The notes under the pieces were generated by a model that was given only the letters and a program-made list of their open reading frames with translations, searched no databases and was not told the DNA's origin. The position numbers and the translations under genes are program-made. A stretch of DNA of 64,000 bases from Nitrospirota bacterium (GTDB taxonomy: Bacteria > Nitrospirota > Thermodesulfovibrionia > Thermodesulfovibrionales > Dissulfurispiraceae), in assembly GCA_963710375.1 (NCBI GenBank), contig CAVPZX010000005.1:320001-384000 (forward strand), given 5' to 3'. Shown piece after piece: positions 41,420-51,721 of this stretch (its first letter is position 1; each line of letters opens with the position of its first letter).

Positions 41420-41503
41420 GCAATAGGTAAAGGCTATGAATACAGAAAATAAAAAACAATTTTTTATCTTTTGCCTATCGCCTATTGCCTATCGCCTATC
41501 GCC
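41402..41503. repeat. 7-bp periodic hairpin (AGGCWAT units), empty
   Basis: aggcaat gggcaat aggcaat aggt ... gcctatc gcctatt gcctatc gcctatc gcc. Confidence 0.92.
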
Positions 41504-41515
41504 GGGTTTCATTCG

Positions 41516-42574
41516 ATGACACCGCTGGAGTTTTTATATTTCATCGGCTATATACTTAAAAAACGGCGCAGTTTAAGTCTCCAGAGAAGCCTTCCGAATG
41601 CTGTAATCAGCATAGGCAACATTACTGTCGGCGGGACTGGAAAGACGCCTGCGACCATAGCAGTTGCCCAGGAGTCTATAAAGAGGGGCTTTAGTCCTGT
41701 AATCCTGACGAGAGGATACAGGGGAAGGGTTAAAGGACCGTGTGTTGTCTCCAGTGATAAGCTGCCTGCCGGTAGTTTCATGGGAAATCCGCTTTCGGTT
41801 ATACATACTGTTAAAGACGGCGGTGATGAGCCGGTGCTTATGGCGGAACGACTCAAGGGTGTGCCTGTTATAAAATCGGCAAGCAGATACGAAGGGGGGA
41901 TTTTTGCCCTTCAATCTTTTTTATCCAATCCGGCAGAGCCTTTTATATTTATTCTTGACGATGGTTTCCAGCACTGGGGCCTTCACCGTGATATCAATAT
42001 TGTTCTTGTCAACGGTCTTAATCCTTTCGGCAACAGGAAGATGCTCCCGCTCGGGATATTGAGGGAGCCGCTGGGAGAATTGAAGCGTGCCGACATTTTT
42101 GTAATAACCAGATGCCGTGATGAGCGGCTGGCTGATGAACTCAGGGATGCTTGGCCGGGAAAGCCTGTCTATTTTTCGGAATACAGGGTTGTCAGGGCCA
42201 TTAACAAGGCGGCAGCCGAATTGCCGCTGGAAGCGCTCAGGAATAAACGTGTGTTTGCTTTTTGCGGTATAGCGCATCCGGAATCTTTCAGGCAGACACT
42301 TGCGTCTCTGTCATTGCTCCCTGCCGGATTCAAGGCGTATAGAGACCATTATTTTTATACACCTAAGGACTTGCATAATCTGCAGCGGCAAAGCAAGGGG
42401 CTTCAGTGCGATGTGCTGCTGACAACCGAAAAGGATATGATCAAGCTCAAAGAATTGAAAATTCCGGATACTGTTTTCAGTCTGGAGATGGAGTGGAACA
42501 CAGACCCTGCCTTTTATGATGAGGTGTTCAGCAGAATCGAAAAGGAAAGAGAGAAAGGTAAAGGTATAGGTTAA
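41516..42574 (+). CDS. lpxK: Tetraacyldisaccharide 4'-kinase
   Basis: GNITVGGTGKTP, RGY, GDEP, DDGFQH and TEKD; start placed at ATG 41516, after the repeat. Confidence 0.95.
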   Translation: MTPLEFLYFIGYILKKRRSLSLQRSLPNAVISIGNITVGGTGKTPATIAVAQESIKRGFSPVILTRGYRGRVKGPCVVSSDKLPAGSFMGNPLSVIHTVKDGGDEPVLMAERLKGVPVIKSASRYEGGIFALQSFLSNPAEPFIFILDDGFQHWGLHRDINIVLVNGLNPFGNRKMLPLGILREPLGELKRADIFVITRCRDERLADELRDAWPGKPVYFSEYRVVRAINKAAAELPLEALRNKRVFAFCGIAHPESFRQTLASLSLLPAGFKAYRDHYFYTPKDLHNLQRQSKGLQCDVLLTTEKDMIKLKELKIPDTVFSLEMEWNTDPAFYDEVFSRIEKEREKGKGIG

Positions 42575-42616
42575 GAGATTATTTGCTTTACCTCTGCCTA
42601 TGCCTTTACCTTTCTC
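42551..42616. repeat. 6-bp periodic hairpin (AGGTAR units) between convergent lpxK and nifS
   Basis: gagaaaggtaaaggtatagg ... cctctgcctatgcctttacctttctc. Confidence 0.85.
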
Positions 42617-43800
42617 ATTTGCATATCTGAGAAGACAATTTATCTCTGCCGTATGGCGAGAGTATCCGCAGTTCTTTTATGATGGGAGGGAGCACCTCGA
42701 TAACTTTATCGATTTCCGCTTCGTTATTGTAACGGCTGAGCGAGAACCTGACTGATCCGTGCAATGCGGTAAACGCTACACCCATTGCCCGCAGGACATG
42801 ACTGGGCTCAAGAGACTCCTGATGTGCAGGCAGATCCCGATGATGCACAAATGCCATATTCATCGAGCCTGAGAAGAATCGCCTCTCCTTCAACATATTC
42901 GAAGCTGATATTTGTTGTATTCGGCAGGCGGTTGCCCCTGTCACCGTTGACCCTGGCATCGGGACAGTTTGCAAGAAGCGAGTTTTCGAGCTTGTCCCTC
43001 AGAATGCTCAGATAGCCATATTCTGTTCCAAGTGCTTCCATCGAGAGCTTGCAAGCCTCGCCCAGTCCAATAATCGAGGCTACATTTTCTGTCCCGGCCC
43101 TCCTGCTGTGCTCCTGATGACCTCCAATGATATATGGATAAAAACGGGTGCCTTTCCGTATATAAAGCGCCCCGATGCCTTTAGGAGCGTGCAGCTTGTG
43201 TCCTGAAAGTGAGAGCATGTCAACAGGGAGCGTTTTCATGTCCAGGGGTATCTTCCCAACTGCCTGCACGGCATCGGTGTGAAAAAGAATCCTCCGCTCT
43301 CTAAGGACTGTCCCGATCTCCTCTATTGGGAAGATCACGCCTGTCTCATTGTTGGCGTACATGATCGACACAATTGCAGTCTCATCGTCAAGCGCCTTGT
43401 AGAAGGCATCCATAGAGAGCCTGCCCATGTTGTCTACAGGAAGAAAGGTAACACGGTACCCCTTGCGCGCAAGGTGCTTGCAGAAATTGTATACTGCGGG
43501 ATGTTCAACCCTTGTCGTGATTATATGCTTCTTTTGAGGGTGTACTTCAAGAGCGCTCATGATAGCTGTATTGTCGCTTTCAGAGCCGCAGCTTGTGAAA
43601 ATAATTTCACCCGGCTCCGCACTGATAAGTTCAGCGACTTTCGCCCGGGCTGCCCGTAAGTGGGGACCGAGCTGTCCGCCAAACGTATGCATGCTTGACG
43701 CGTTACCGTACAGCTCTTTAAGGTAAGGGAGCATGGCTTCCAACACTTCAGGGGCAACGGATGTGGTTGCATTATTGTCCATGTAAATAGGGCTTGTCAT
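42615..43800 (-). pseudogene. nifS: Cysteine desulfurase NifS with a +1 frameshift near 42816
   Basis: DNNATT, SGHK and SSGSACTSG, then stop; SLEPSHVLRAM...RFSLS continues in another frame. Confidence 0.9.
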
Positions 43801-44636
43801 TCTGTCTTGGCCTCCACTACTATATCGCTGCTGACGAGTTCCCTTAACTTTTCCTCTATCCCCTTTATGGTAACACCGCCCATGGGGCATCCTACGCACA
43901 TTGCCCGCAGGGCAACTATCACATGTGGGCCCTCGACATCTATAAGCTCTATGTCCCCGTTGTCGGCCTGCAGCCGGGGCCGTATTTCCCGTTCTATAAC
44001 ATCTTGTATCAGCGCAATCTTCTGGAGATTGGTAAGTCTCCCGGGTGTTTTAGGCTTCTCAGGCAGAGGCTTTAATGCCCAGATGCCTTTAAGGATTGCT
44101 TCGATATCCGGTATGCAAGTGCCGCACCCGCCTCCTGCTTTTGTGTAATTGGTCACCTCTTCAACAGTGGTAAGACGGTTCTCGATTATTACTTTCCGGA
44201 TCTTCTCCTCGGTCACCTCAAAACACTTGCAGATGAGAGGCTCTCCCGGTTCCGCGACAGGGGCTTTGCCCCTGTAGTTGGCAATGGCGGCGTCGAGTGC
44301 TTCCTGACCCATTACGGAACAATGCATCTTTTCATCAGGTAAGCCGCCTAAAAAATCAGCTATGTCCTTATTGGAGAGCTTGAGCGCCTCGTCTAGCGTC
44401 ATGCCTTTGATCATTTCGGTAAGCGCTGAGGAGCTGGCTATAGCGGAGGCGCAGCCAAAGGTCTGGAATTTCGCATCGACAATCCTGCCGGTGTCTTTGT
44501 CGATTTTAAGAAAGAGTTTGAGGGCATCGCCGCAGATTATACTGCCGACTTCTCCCACTGCATCAGGGTGTTCTATCTCGCCGACATTCTTCGGATGAAG
44601 GAAAAGATCTCTAACCTTCTTTGTATATTCCCACAT
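43797..44636 (-). CDS. nifU: Fe-S scaffold NifU (IscU + BFD-like + Nfu domains)
   Basis: CGD, FGC.SA and K.HCS; C.CF...GGGCG.C; C-terminal CVGC. Confidence 0.95.
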   Translation of the reverse strand: MWEYTKKVRDLFLHPKNVGEIEHPDAVGEVGSIICGDALKLFLKIDKDTGRIVDAKFQTFGCASAIASSSALTEMIKGMTLDEALKLSNKDIADFLGGLPDEKMHCSVMGQEALDAAIANYRGKAPVAEPGEPLICKCFEVTEEKIRKVIIENRLTTVEEVTNYTKAGGGCGTCIPDIEAILKGIWALKPLPEKPKTPGRLTNLQKIALIQDVIEREIRPRLQADNGDIELIDVEGPHVIVALRAMCVGCPMGGVTIKGIEEKLRELVSSDIVVEAKTE

Positions 44637-44641
44637 ATATC

Positions 44642-44670
44642 TTTTTAACACACATCAGAAGTCTTGTCAA
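44642..44670 (-). promoter_or_regulatory. Putative sigma70 promoter of nifU-nifS (leaderless or near-leaderless)
   Basis: TTGACA-17 bp-TAAAAA on the minus strand, ending ~6 nt before ATG 44636; no SD. Confidence 0.5.
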
Positions 44671-44675
44671 TTTTT

Positions 44676-44847
44676 GGGTAGTGGGCCAGTTTTTTTTTGC
44701 TCTGTATCACCTGGGTTATCAATAGTGGGCGAGTAACGCCGAGCCCACATATATAGAAGTGGCGACCACAGATAATGCTCAATATAGACCAGTGATTGAA
44801 TTGAACGGCTAATTGATACAGAGCAAAAAAAAACTGGCCCACTACCC
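44676..44847. mobile_element. 172 bp MITE with 34-bp perfect TIRs and 7-bp target duplication
   Basis: gggtagtgggccag(t9)gctctgtatca and its exact reverse complement; AATTTTT at 44669-44675 and 44848-44854. Confidence 0.88.
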
Positions 44848-44852
44848 AATTT

Positions 44853-44881
44853 TTGCCTTCTTAACAATTTTATGCTATAGT
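44853..44881 (+). promoter_or_regulatory. Putative sigma70 promoter of the response regulator
   Basis: TTGCCT-17 bp-TATAGT with TGn extension, 9 nt before ATG 44891. Confidence 0.55.
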
Positions 44882-44890
44882 TTTCTCTGT

Positions 44891-45610
44891 ATGAGAAAGC
44901 TCAATGTGCTTGTTGTCGATGATGTCGCATCCATGCGCAAATTCCTGAAGTACGGGCTGGATAAGAGCTTTCCCGAAATCTTTGTGGACGAGGCTGCCAA
45001 CGGGAAAGAGGCCCAGGCAAAATTAGAAAAAGAGGAGTATGACCTTGTGCTCTGCGACTGGGAAATGCCGTACGTAAACGGCGAAGAACTCCTGACCTGG
45101 GTGCGGAACCACCCGACACTCTCCAAGATGCCCTTTATAATGGTGACGTCAAGAAGTGATAAGCCGAGCGTATTAAAGGCTATGCATGGGGGAGTGGACT
45201 CGTACATGATAAAGCCCTTTACTGCTGACGGCCTTGCACAGAAGGTCATGATGCTTGTCGATAAGGCCGACAGGAGAGAATCGGAGCGCTTTGAAGCGCA
45301 CGGTGATATAAAATTGCATTTCAGGGACCAGGTATCCAGAGGAAATATTGTTGATCTCAGCATGGGAGGACTCTTCTGTTTGATTAGCAGGAAGAATCCA
45401 CTGCCGTCGATTTTTGAAGAGGTGCGGGTAGATGTAACACTTGAGGAAACGCAGAAGAAGGCGGAAGGGCTTCAGGGGTTCATTATCAGGATACAGGCTG
45501 CAGAAGCGTTTATCGATGCCGAAAACGTTAAGATCGCCGTGAAATTCCTCGAACAATCCAGCGAATCAACTAATCAAATTCAGCAGCTCATTGAATCATT
45601 GAAGACCTGA
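44891..45610 (+). CDS. Response regulator (CheY-like receiver + PilZ-like domain)
   Basis: VVDD, DWEMP and KPF; RRESER and DLSMGG PilZ motifs. Confidence 0.88.
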   Translation: MRKLNVLVVDDVASMRKFLKYGLDKSFPEIFVDEAANGKEAQAKLEKEEYDLVLCDWEMPYVNGEELLTWVRNHPTLSKMPFIMVTSRSDKPSVLKAMHGGVDSYMIKPFTADGLAQKVMMLVDKADRRESERFEAHGDIKLHFRDQVSRGNIVDLSMGGLFCLISRKNPLPSIFEEVRVDVTLEETQKKAEGLQGFIIRIQAAEAFIDAENVKIAVKFLEQSSESTNQIQQLIESLKT

Positions 45611-45613
45611 GGC

Positions 45614-47140
45614 TCAGAAGCTTTTATTTATTGTATCCCGCACGATCTCTGTTGTCCCCCTAAAATCAATTTTTCCGCTTCCCATTTTCGGGAGTTCTTC
45701 TATCACTACAAACTGGCTCGGGAGGGCGATATTGGGAAGATGCTTCGACATATCCTTTAGCATCTTTTTTTCATCCAGTTGCCGGGTGACAGCCGCCACT
45801 ATCTTTGCCCCTTTTATTGTATCCGGGATCTCGACCACGCAACAGGAAACATCTTGAGGAAGGAATCGTTCAAGTGTGTTTTCCACCCTTACCAATGAAA
45901 CCATTTCTCCCCCGATTTTAACAAATCTCTTTAATCTTCCTGAGTGCCACAGGTACCCATCTTCATCAAAAAAGCCCATATCGCCTGTATCATACCATCC
46001 GTGCCGGATGCGCATGGATGTCTCTTCAAGGTCATCAAAGTAACCCTTCATTACAATATCTCCCTTGACCAGGACCCGCCCAACCTCACCAAACCGGCAA
46101 TCAGCTCCGGTCTCATAATTCTCTATCCGGACCTGCACGCCCGGCAATATCTTGCCGACGCTTCCCGGCCTGCTGTTGCCAGGAGTGTTTGCGGAGATTA
46201 CCGGCGATGTCTCAGTGGTCCCATAACCTTCATAGAGAGTGATTCCATGTTTTTTTTGAAATTCCTCCTGCAGTGTTTCAGGACATTTGTCAGCGCCGCA
46301 GATGACATAACGCAAGCTCCCGAAATCTCCTGATTCGGATTTCCGGAGATAGCCCCATAAAAAACTGGGGGTCCCGACCATTATTGTCGGTTTATGATCT
46401 CTAACAATGTTGCAGATTATCTTGTAGTCGAGGGGGTTTGCATATGAAATGATTGTCATACCAAAGTAGAATGGCACCCAAAGATTGACTGTAAGGCCAA
46501 AGACATGGAAAAAAGGAAGGTTCGCAAGCATGCGGTCCTTATCATTAAGATCGATGATTTTAGAGACGCTTTCAATGTTGGATGCTATGTTACGATGGGT
46601 CAGTTGCACTGCTTTGGGATCTTTTTCGCTGCCGCTCGTGAACAATATAACAAGATTGTCGTCCTCATCACCCGCATGAATATATCTTCTTATACATAAC
46701 TCAGCCGGCAGTGATGCCTTTATCGTCGCTTTCAGTTTGTCGGAGACTGAAACCCTTTCCATGATATCTTCTATAAAGACCATCCCATCAACAGGTTCAC
46801 ATTTAATCTTTTCCAGAAGGGCTTTGGATGTAATAACAGTCTTAACATTGCATTTCCTCTGCGCATTACGAACATTATCTGAAGCGCCAGTAGAATAATT
46901 GATAATTACGGGGGTCTTTCCGCTCATCAATGTGCCAAGGATTGACAGGGCAGCTCCTGCAGACGTTGGAAGCATTATGCCCAGGAATCCTTCTTCATAC
47001 TTCCTGAATTTATCAGCAAGGATCAGAGAGGCGATTAGTGCCTTGGAATAGGTAACTCTTTTGTCGGTAGTGCAATCAATGAAGGCAAGTTTTTTGCCAT
47101 ACTTTTTAGCTGTCTGAACAAAATGATGATGCAAAAGCAT
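45614..47140 (-). CDS. AMP-binding acyl-ACP synthetase (Aas C-terminal-like)
   Basis: FTSGSEKDPK, EGYGTTE, TGD, GR.KRF.KIGGE and GSGK.D. Confidence 0.88.
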   Translation of the reverse strand: MLLHHHFVQTAKKYGKKLAFIDCTTDKRVTYSKALIASLILADKFRKYEEGFLGIMLPTSAGAALSILGTLMSGKTPVIINYSTGASDNVRNAQRKCNVKTVITSKALLEKIKCEPVDGMVFIEDIMERVSVSDKLKATIKASLPAELCIRRYIHAGDEDDNLVILFTSGSEKDPKAVQLTHRNIASNIESVSKIIDLNDKDRMLANLPFFHVFGLTVNLWVPFYFGMTIISYANPLDYKIICNIVRDHKPTIMVGTPSFLWGYLRKSESGDFGSLRYVICGADKCPETLQEEFQKKHGITLYEGYGTTETSPVISANTPGNSRPGSVGKILPGVQVRIENYETGADCRFGEVGRVLVKGDIVMKGYFDDLEETSMRIRHGWYDTGDMGFFDEDGYLWHSGRLKRFVKIGGEMVSLVRVENTLERFLPQDVSCCVVEIPDTIKGAKIVAAVTRQLDEKKMLKDMSKHLPNIALPSQFVVIEELPKMGSGKIDFRGTTEIVRDTINKSF

Positions 47141-47253
47141 AATTAGTATCTGTCCATAAATCAAGATTTAAGTAAAGGGATTCCATTCTTTTTAACATGT
47201 TCTGGATTGTCCGGTCAAGCCTCGTCCGGTCAATCCGCCTAGGCGGAGGGCAA

Positions 47254-48669
47254 TCACAGTTTTTCCCATCCGCCTCCCAGTGCTTTGATCAGCCGCACGC
47301 TGGCGCCGAAGCGCTGTCCTTCTATCCGGGCCTTCTGAAGTTCGTATTGAAGCTTATTCCGTTCGGCATCCAGCAGTTCAAAGCGACTGATTGCGCCGGC
47401 TTCGTAGCGGGCTTTTGCCAGTATATTTACCCGTTCCGCTGAGGCTAGGGCTTCGTCCTGGGCAGCGGCCTGTTCATTGGTGAAGACAATTTGCGCGAGA
47501 GAATCTTCAACTTCTTTAAAGGCTGTGAGCACGGTTTGTCGATAGTCGGCCAGACCTTCATCGTAAGATGCCTTTGCCTGGTCAACGTCAGCAGCAGTCC
47601 GCCCTCCGGTAAACAACGGGAGGCTGACGCCAGGACCAAATGACCAGATGCGGTTGCCATACAAAAATAGATTGTCCACACTGTCGCTGAGATACCCGGC
47701 CTGGCCGGTCAGGTGGAGAACAGGGAAGTAAGCTGCGCGGGCAACACCGATTTGGGCGTTTTTTGCCGCGAGGTTTCTTTCCGCTCTCGCAATGTCGGGC
47801 CGGCGTTCGAGGAGCGATGAGGGCAGACCTGCCGGGATAACAGGAGGCTCAGCGGTCAGGGGGCATTTATGGATCTCAAATGAACTGGCGGGTCTGCCGC
47901 AGAGTAGTGCGATGGCATTTTGGGTTTCGGCGCGCTGACGTGCAGTATCGGCCAACCCGGCTTTGGCACTAGCCAGTTCAGTTTTTGCCTGGGCGAGATC
48001 GCTTTCCGGAACGGTGCCGGTTGTAAAACGGTCGCTCAAGATGCGGACTGTCTCATCGCGCAGTTCCACTGTCCGACGTAATACGGCAATTTCAGCATCC
48101 AGAGACCTGACCCTGAAATAGTCTGCTGCAACATCGGCAGTGAGCGCGAGGAGCACATTATGATAATCCGCGACGCTGGCCTGGGCCTGGGCCTTGGCGG
48201 ATTCCAAAGAGCGTCGGACCCGGCCCCAGAGGTCCACTTCATAACTCAAATCCAGTGGAACGCTGAAAGAATTCAGCTGCATGGAGACCTCTTTGAACTG
48301 GGAGGGGAGCGGGATTGGAATCGGCTGGTGGGCCGAAGTCCGCTGCCTGCTGAACGACGGATCGAGGGACAGTTCCGGGAATAACCGGCCTCTGCTGAGC
48401 CTTGCGGCAGCAAGGTATTCATCTATGCGGGCCACGGCGGCACGGAGATTTTGATTGTTTGAGACAGCGCCGTCTTCCAGTTCATCAAGTGCCGGGTCTT
48501 TGAAAAGTTTCCACCACTCGCCTTTCGGGATCGTATCCTTAGGCTCTGCAATTTTCCAGCGCCAGTCAGTAGGAGTGATGTTTGTCACATCGGGCCTCTT
48601 GTAGTCAGGGCCTACTGCGCATGAACAGAGCACCGCAAGCACCGCACATTGCCAAAGCAGCTTCTTCAT
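47254..48669 (-). CDS. Efflux outer-membrane lipoprotein (NodT/OprM family)
   Basis: CAVGPDY.RP, E.DLWG, LL.RRPDI and ALGGGW; start placed at ATG 48669. Confidence 0.93.
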   Translation of the reverse strand: MKKLLWQCAVLAVLCSCAVGPDYKRPDVTNITPTDWRWKIAEPKDTIPKGEWWKLFKDPALDELEDGAVSNNQNLRAAVARIDEYLAAARLSRGRLFPELSLDPSFSRQRTSAHQPIPIPLPSQFKEVSMQLNSFSVPLDLSYEVDLWGRVRRSLESAKAQAQASVADYHNVLLALTADVAADYFRVRSLDAEIAVLRRTVELRDETVRILSDRFTTGTVPESDLAQAKTELASAKAGLADTARQRAETQNAIALLCGRPASSFEIHKCPLTAEPPVIPAGLPSSLLERRPDIARAERNLAAKNAQIGVARAAYFPVLHLTGQAGYLSDSVDNLFLYGNRIWSFGPGVSLPLFTGGRTAADVDQAKASYDEGLADYRQTVLTAFKEVEDSLAQIVFTNEQAAAQDEALASAERVNILAKARYEAGAISRFELLDAERNKLQYELQKARIEGQRFGASVRLIKALGGGWEKL

Positions 48670-48671
48670 AA

Positions 48672-49811
48672 TTAATCCAGTGTCCTCCGGTAACGCTTTA
48701 CTCCGATTGTCACGGCAAAAAAAGCAAAAAGCGCGATTTGCCAAAGTTGCAGCATGACGTCTGCAAAACCGTTGCCTTTTAACACAATCCCGCGGACGAT
48801 CCTCAGGTAATGGGTGAGCGGGAACCATTCCCCGAGCGCCTGTGCCCAGTGAGGCATGCCGCGGAAAGGGAACATGAACCCTGAAAGCAGTACCGAGGGC
48901 AGGAAGAAGAAATATGACATTTGAAGGGCCTGGCGCTGATTCTTGGCTATTGTGGAAACGCTGATGCCCAGCGCCAGATTTGCGGTGATAAACACAAATG
49001 AGGCCGCGAGCAGCAGGAATATGTTTCCAACCATAGGGACATGAAAAAGAAAACGGGCTGCTGCAAGGATGAGGAACAGCTGAATGTAACCTACTAGTAT
49101 ATAAGGAACGATCTTGCCCACCAGCACCTCGACCGGGCGTGTAGGCATGGAAAGGAGATTTTCCATGGTGCCGCTCTCGAGTTCCCGGGTAATTGCAAGG
49201 GCTGTTATAACGATCGTGGTCATAGTAAGGATGACGCCCATAAGGCCCGGCACTATGTTGAATTGCGTATTGACTTCGGGGTTATACAGGGCGTGTGTGC
49301 GCAGATCGATGGGGCCGTTAACGCCGGACAGATAAGAGAGCGGGCCCTTCAGATCGTTTTGCAACACGCTGTCGAACAGAAAGCGCAAAGAGCCGAGAGC
49401 ATTACTGGTAGCTGCAGGATCGGTTGCATCCGCTTCGATAAGAACGGGTGGCCTGTCGCCGCGCAGGAGGTCCCGCGTGAAATTCTGCGGGATATTAATT
49501 ACGAACTGTACCTCACCGCGTTCAAGCGCTTTGCGTCCTTCGGCTTCGGTCTTGATCTCCCTGACGAAATCGAAATAACTGCTGTTCCGAAGTGAGTAAA
49601 GAACAGTCCTGCCCATAGGGCCGTTATCGTTAACCAGCATCGCGGCAGGAAGGTGCTTGGGATCAGAATTGATTGCGTAGCCGAAAAGGGTGATCATAAT
49701 GAGAGGCATGATTATCATGAGCGCGAAGGTGACCCGGTCCCTGCGCATCTGGATAAATTCCTTGACCACCATAGCCCAGAACCGCGCCGGCGAAATCCTG
49801 ATTTTTATCAT
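48672..49811 (-). CDS. ABC-2 type permease (YbhR/S-like)
   Basis: KEF.Q..RD, RE.E.GT.E and LSGF.FP. Confidence 0.92.
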   Translation of the reverse strand: MIKIRISPARFWAMVVKEFIQMRRDRVTFALMIIMPLIMITLFGYAINSDPKHLPAAMLVNDNGPMGRTVLYSLRNSSYFDFVREIKTEAEGRKALERGEVQFVINIPQNFTRDLLRGDRPPVLIEADATDPAATSNALGSLRFLFDSVLQNDLKGPLSYLSGVNGPIDLRTHALYNPEVNTQFNIVPGLMGVILTMTTIVITALAITRELESGTMENLLSMPTRPVEVLVGKIVPYILVGYIQLFLILAAARFLFHVPMVGNIFLLLAASFVFITANLALGISVSTIAKNQRQALQMSYFFFLPSVLLSGFMFPFRGMPHWAQALGEWFPLTHYLRIVRGIVLKGNGFADVMLQLWQIALFAFFAVTIGVKRYRRTLD

Positions 49812-50734
49812 GACGACAGTCCATCCTTTGGCTGATTCATAAGATGGATGAAAACATCTTCCAGGCTCGAATCGACACGGCGCCAGTTATACCGTCCGGT
49901 GCGATACGGGACGATAGCTTTATCAAGAGCGGCAGGATCATCGCCGCTGACGCGGAGCGTATTGCCGAAAGGCACTGCCTGCTCCACGCCGGGTGCGTCC
50001 CGGAGCTGTCCGGCCAATTCGAGCAAGTCCGGTCCGCTGACCGACCACGTTGTGAGGTGGGCCCGATCGATGACTCCTCTGACTGTGCCGCGGGTGAGCA
50101 GAATGCTGTTGGAGATGAAGGCAATCCGATGGCAGCGTTCGGCTTCATCCATATAATGCGTGGCAACAAGGAATGTAAGCCCCTGTCCGGCAAGCTGATG
50201 GATCTCCTCCCAGAATTCCCTGCGCGCTTGCGGGTCAACGCCGGCAGTCGGTTCGTCCAGCAGCAGGAGCTTCGGCTGGTGAAGCATGCACGCCGCCAAT
50301 GCGAGGCGCTGTTTCCAGCCGCCCGAAAGCTCGCCTGCAAGCTGGTTCCTGCGCTCCGTCAGTCCTAGTTTTTCGATGCTCTCCCGGACAACATCCCTGC
50401 GGTTGCTCAGGGAATACATGCGCGCTACGAAATCAAGGTTCTCGGAAACACTCAAGTCCTCATAAAAACTGAACCGCTGGGTCATATACCCTACCCGCCG
50501 CTTTATATCTTCGCTCTCTGTGATCACGTTATGGCCAAGGCATGTACCGCTGCCGGAATCAGCCCTTAGAAGACCGCACAGCATGCGAATAAATGTGGTT
50601 TTGCCGCTGCCGTTCGGACCGAGAAATCCACATATTTCGCCGGTAGCGACCTGGAGGTCAACACTACTTACAGCGGTATGCCCGCCAAACCGCTTGGTCA
50701 TTCCATGCACATCTATGGCGAGTTCGGCGGCCAT
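49808..50734 (-). CDS. ABC transporter ATP-binding protein
   Basis: GPNGSGKT, LSGG and LDEPT. Confidence 0.95.
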   Translation of the reverse strand: MAAELAIDVHGMTKRFGGHTAVSSVDLQVATGEICGFLGPNGSGKTTFIRMLCGLLRADSGSGTCLGHNVITESEDIKRRVGYMTQRFSFYEDLSVSENLDFVARMYSLSNRRDVVRESIEKLGLTERRNQLAGELSGGWKQRLALAACMLHQPKLLLLDEPTAGVDPQARREFWEEIHQLAGQGLTFLVATHYMDEAERCHRIAFISNSILLTRGTVRGVIDRAHLTTWSVSGPDLLELAGQLRDAPGVEQAVPFGNTLRVSGDDPAALDKAIVPYRTGRYNWRRVDSSLEDVFIHLMNQPKDGLSS

Positions 50735-50737
50735 GGA

Positions 50738-51721
50738 TCAAGGACCTAACTGTACATCCACGGGCTGGCCTGGATGCAGCCTCGCCGCAGTTTCGGCATC
50801 GAATTCAACTTCAATCATGAAGACCAGTTTGCCGCGGTTTTCCCTGTTATAGATTACAGGCGGCGTGTATTCGGCCTTTGGCGAAATGAAACTTACCTTT
50901 CCCATAAATGGAGCAGGCACGCTGTCCACTATGACCCTTACTGTTTCGCCGTAATGAATTGAGCTGACGCGGGCTTCCGGCACAAACGCGCGAACTTTGA
51001 TGTTGCGGGGCGGCAGCAGCACAACGACGGGATGGCCTGCTGCGACCCATTCACCCTCGCGATAGAGCGTGTCATAAATCAATCCGGCTTCGGGCGCGGC
51101 CTGGCGTTTTTGAGAAAGGTCCCATCCCGCCCTGGCCAGCGTTGCTGTCAGCGCCCTCACATTGGCTTCTGCAGCTGCAATCTGGTCACTCCTGGAGCCC
51201 AGATGAGCTGTTGCCAGGTCGGCTTCCAATTGGGCCACCCGTTGGCGGTCCTGGTCCCTCGCTGAACGCGCTCGGTCAACGTCCTGGACAGAAGACGCCG
51301 ATGTCCGCAGGAGTTTTTCCTGTCGCGCGAGTTCTTTTTCCGAAAGTACCAGGGCTGCCTGGGCCTGACGCAACTGGGCTTCGGCGGACTCTATTTCTGT
51401 GGGCCGTCTGCCTTTCCTGGCGTCTTCCAAACTCGAGTGGGCCTGGACCAGCCTCCGTTCTGCCTCGTCCCTGGCAGATTTTTCAGGCTCATTATCCAAT
51501 GTGAAGAGCAGTTTGTCGGTCTTCACCTGATCTCCCCGCTGCACGTCCAAAGACTTTAACTCTCCGGCAAACGGTGAAGCGATATAAACGAATTCTCCCT
51601 CCGCATAACCCTGCACACTATTGTCAGCAGGGCGGCTGCAGCCGGCCAGAATGCACAACGCCGCCAGAATGCACAAGTTATTTATTCTCGAGCCCTTATG
51701 CGGAGCCCCTGCGCAGATCAT
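50738..51721 (-). CDS. HlyD-family periplasmic adaptor (YbhG-like)
   Basis: Lipobox LAGC, coiled-coil hairpin and AEYTP motif. Confidence 0.92.
   Translation of the reverse strand: MICAGAPHKGSRINNLCILAALCILAGCSRPADNSVQGYAEGEFVYIASPFAGELKSLDVQRGDQVKTDKLLFTLDNEPEKSARDEAERRLVQAHSSLEDARKGRRPTEIESAEAQLRQAQAALVLSEKELARQEKLLRTSASSVQDVDRARSARDQDRQRVAQLEADLATAHLGSRSDQIAAAEANVRALTATLARAGWDLSQKRQAAPEAGLIYDTLYREGEWVAAGHPVVVLLPPRNIKVRAFVPEARVSSIHYGETVRVIVDSVPAPFMGKVSFISPKAEYTPPVIYNRENRGKLVFMIEVEFDAETAARLHPGQPVDVQLGP

Noticed and set aside
42808..42810. Selenocysteine or stop read-through in nifS
   Set aside because: The continuation is in a different frame, so read-through cannot restore it.
42615..44636. 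Nitrogen fixation cluster
   Set aside because: Only nifU/nifS, which serve as general Fe-S assembly in many anaerobes; no nifHDK here.
32831..48828. Long N-terminal extensions in the ORF track for cdsA, lpxK, nifS, the response regulator and the efflux lipoprotein
   Set aside because: They overlap neighbouring genes or repeats; family-typical N-termini start at downstream ATGs.
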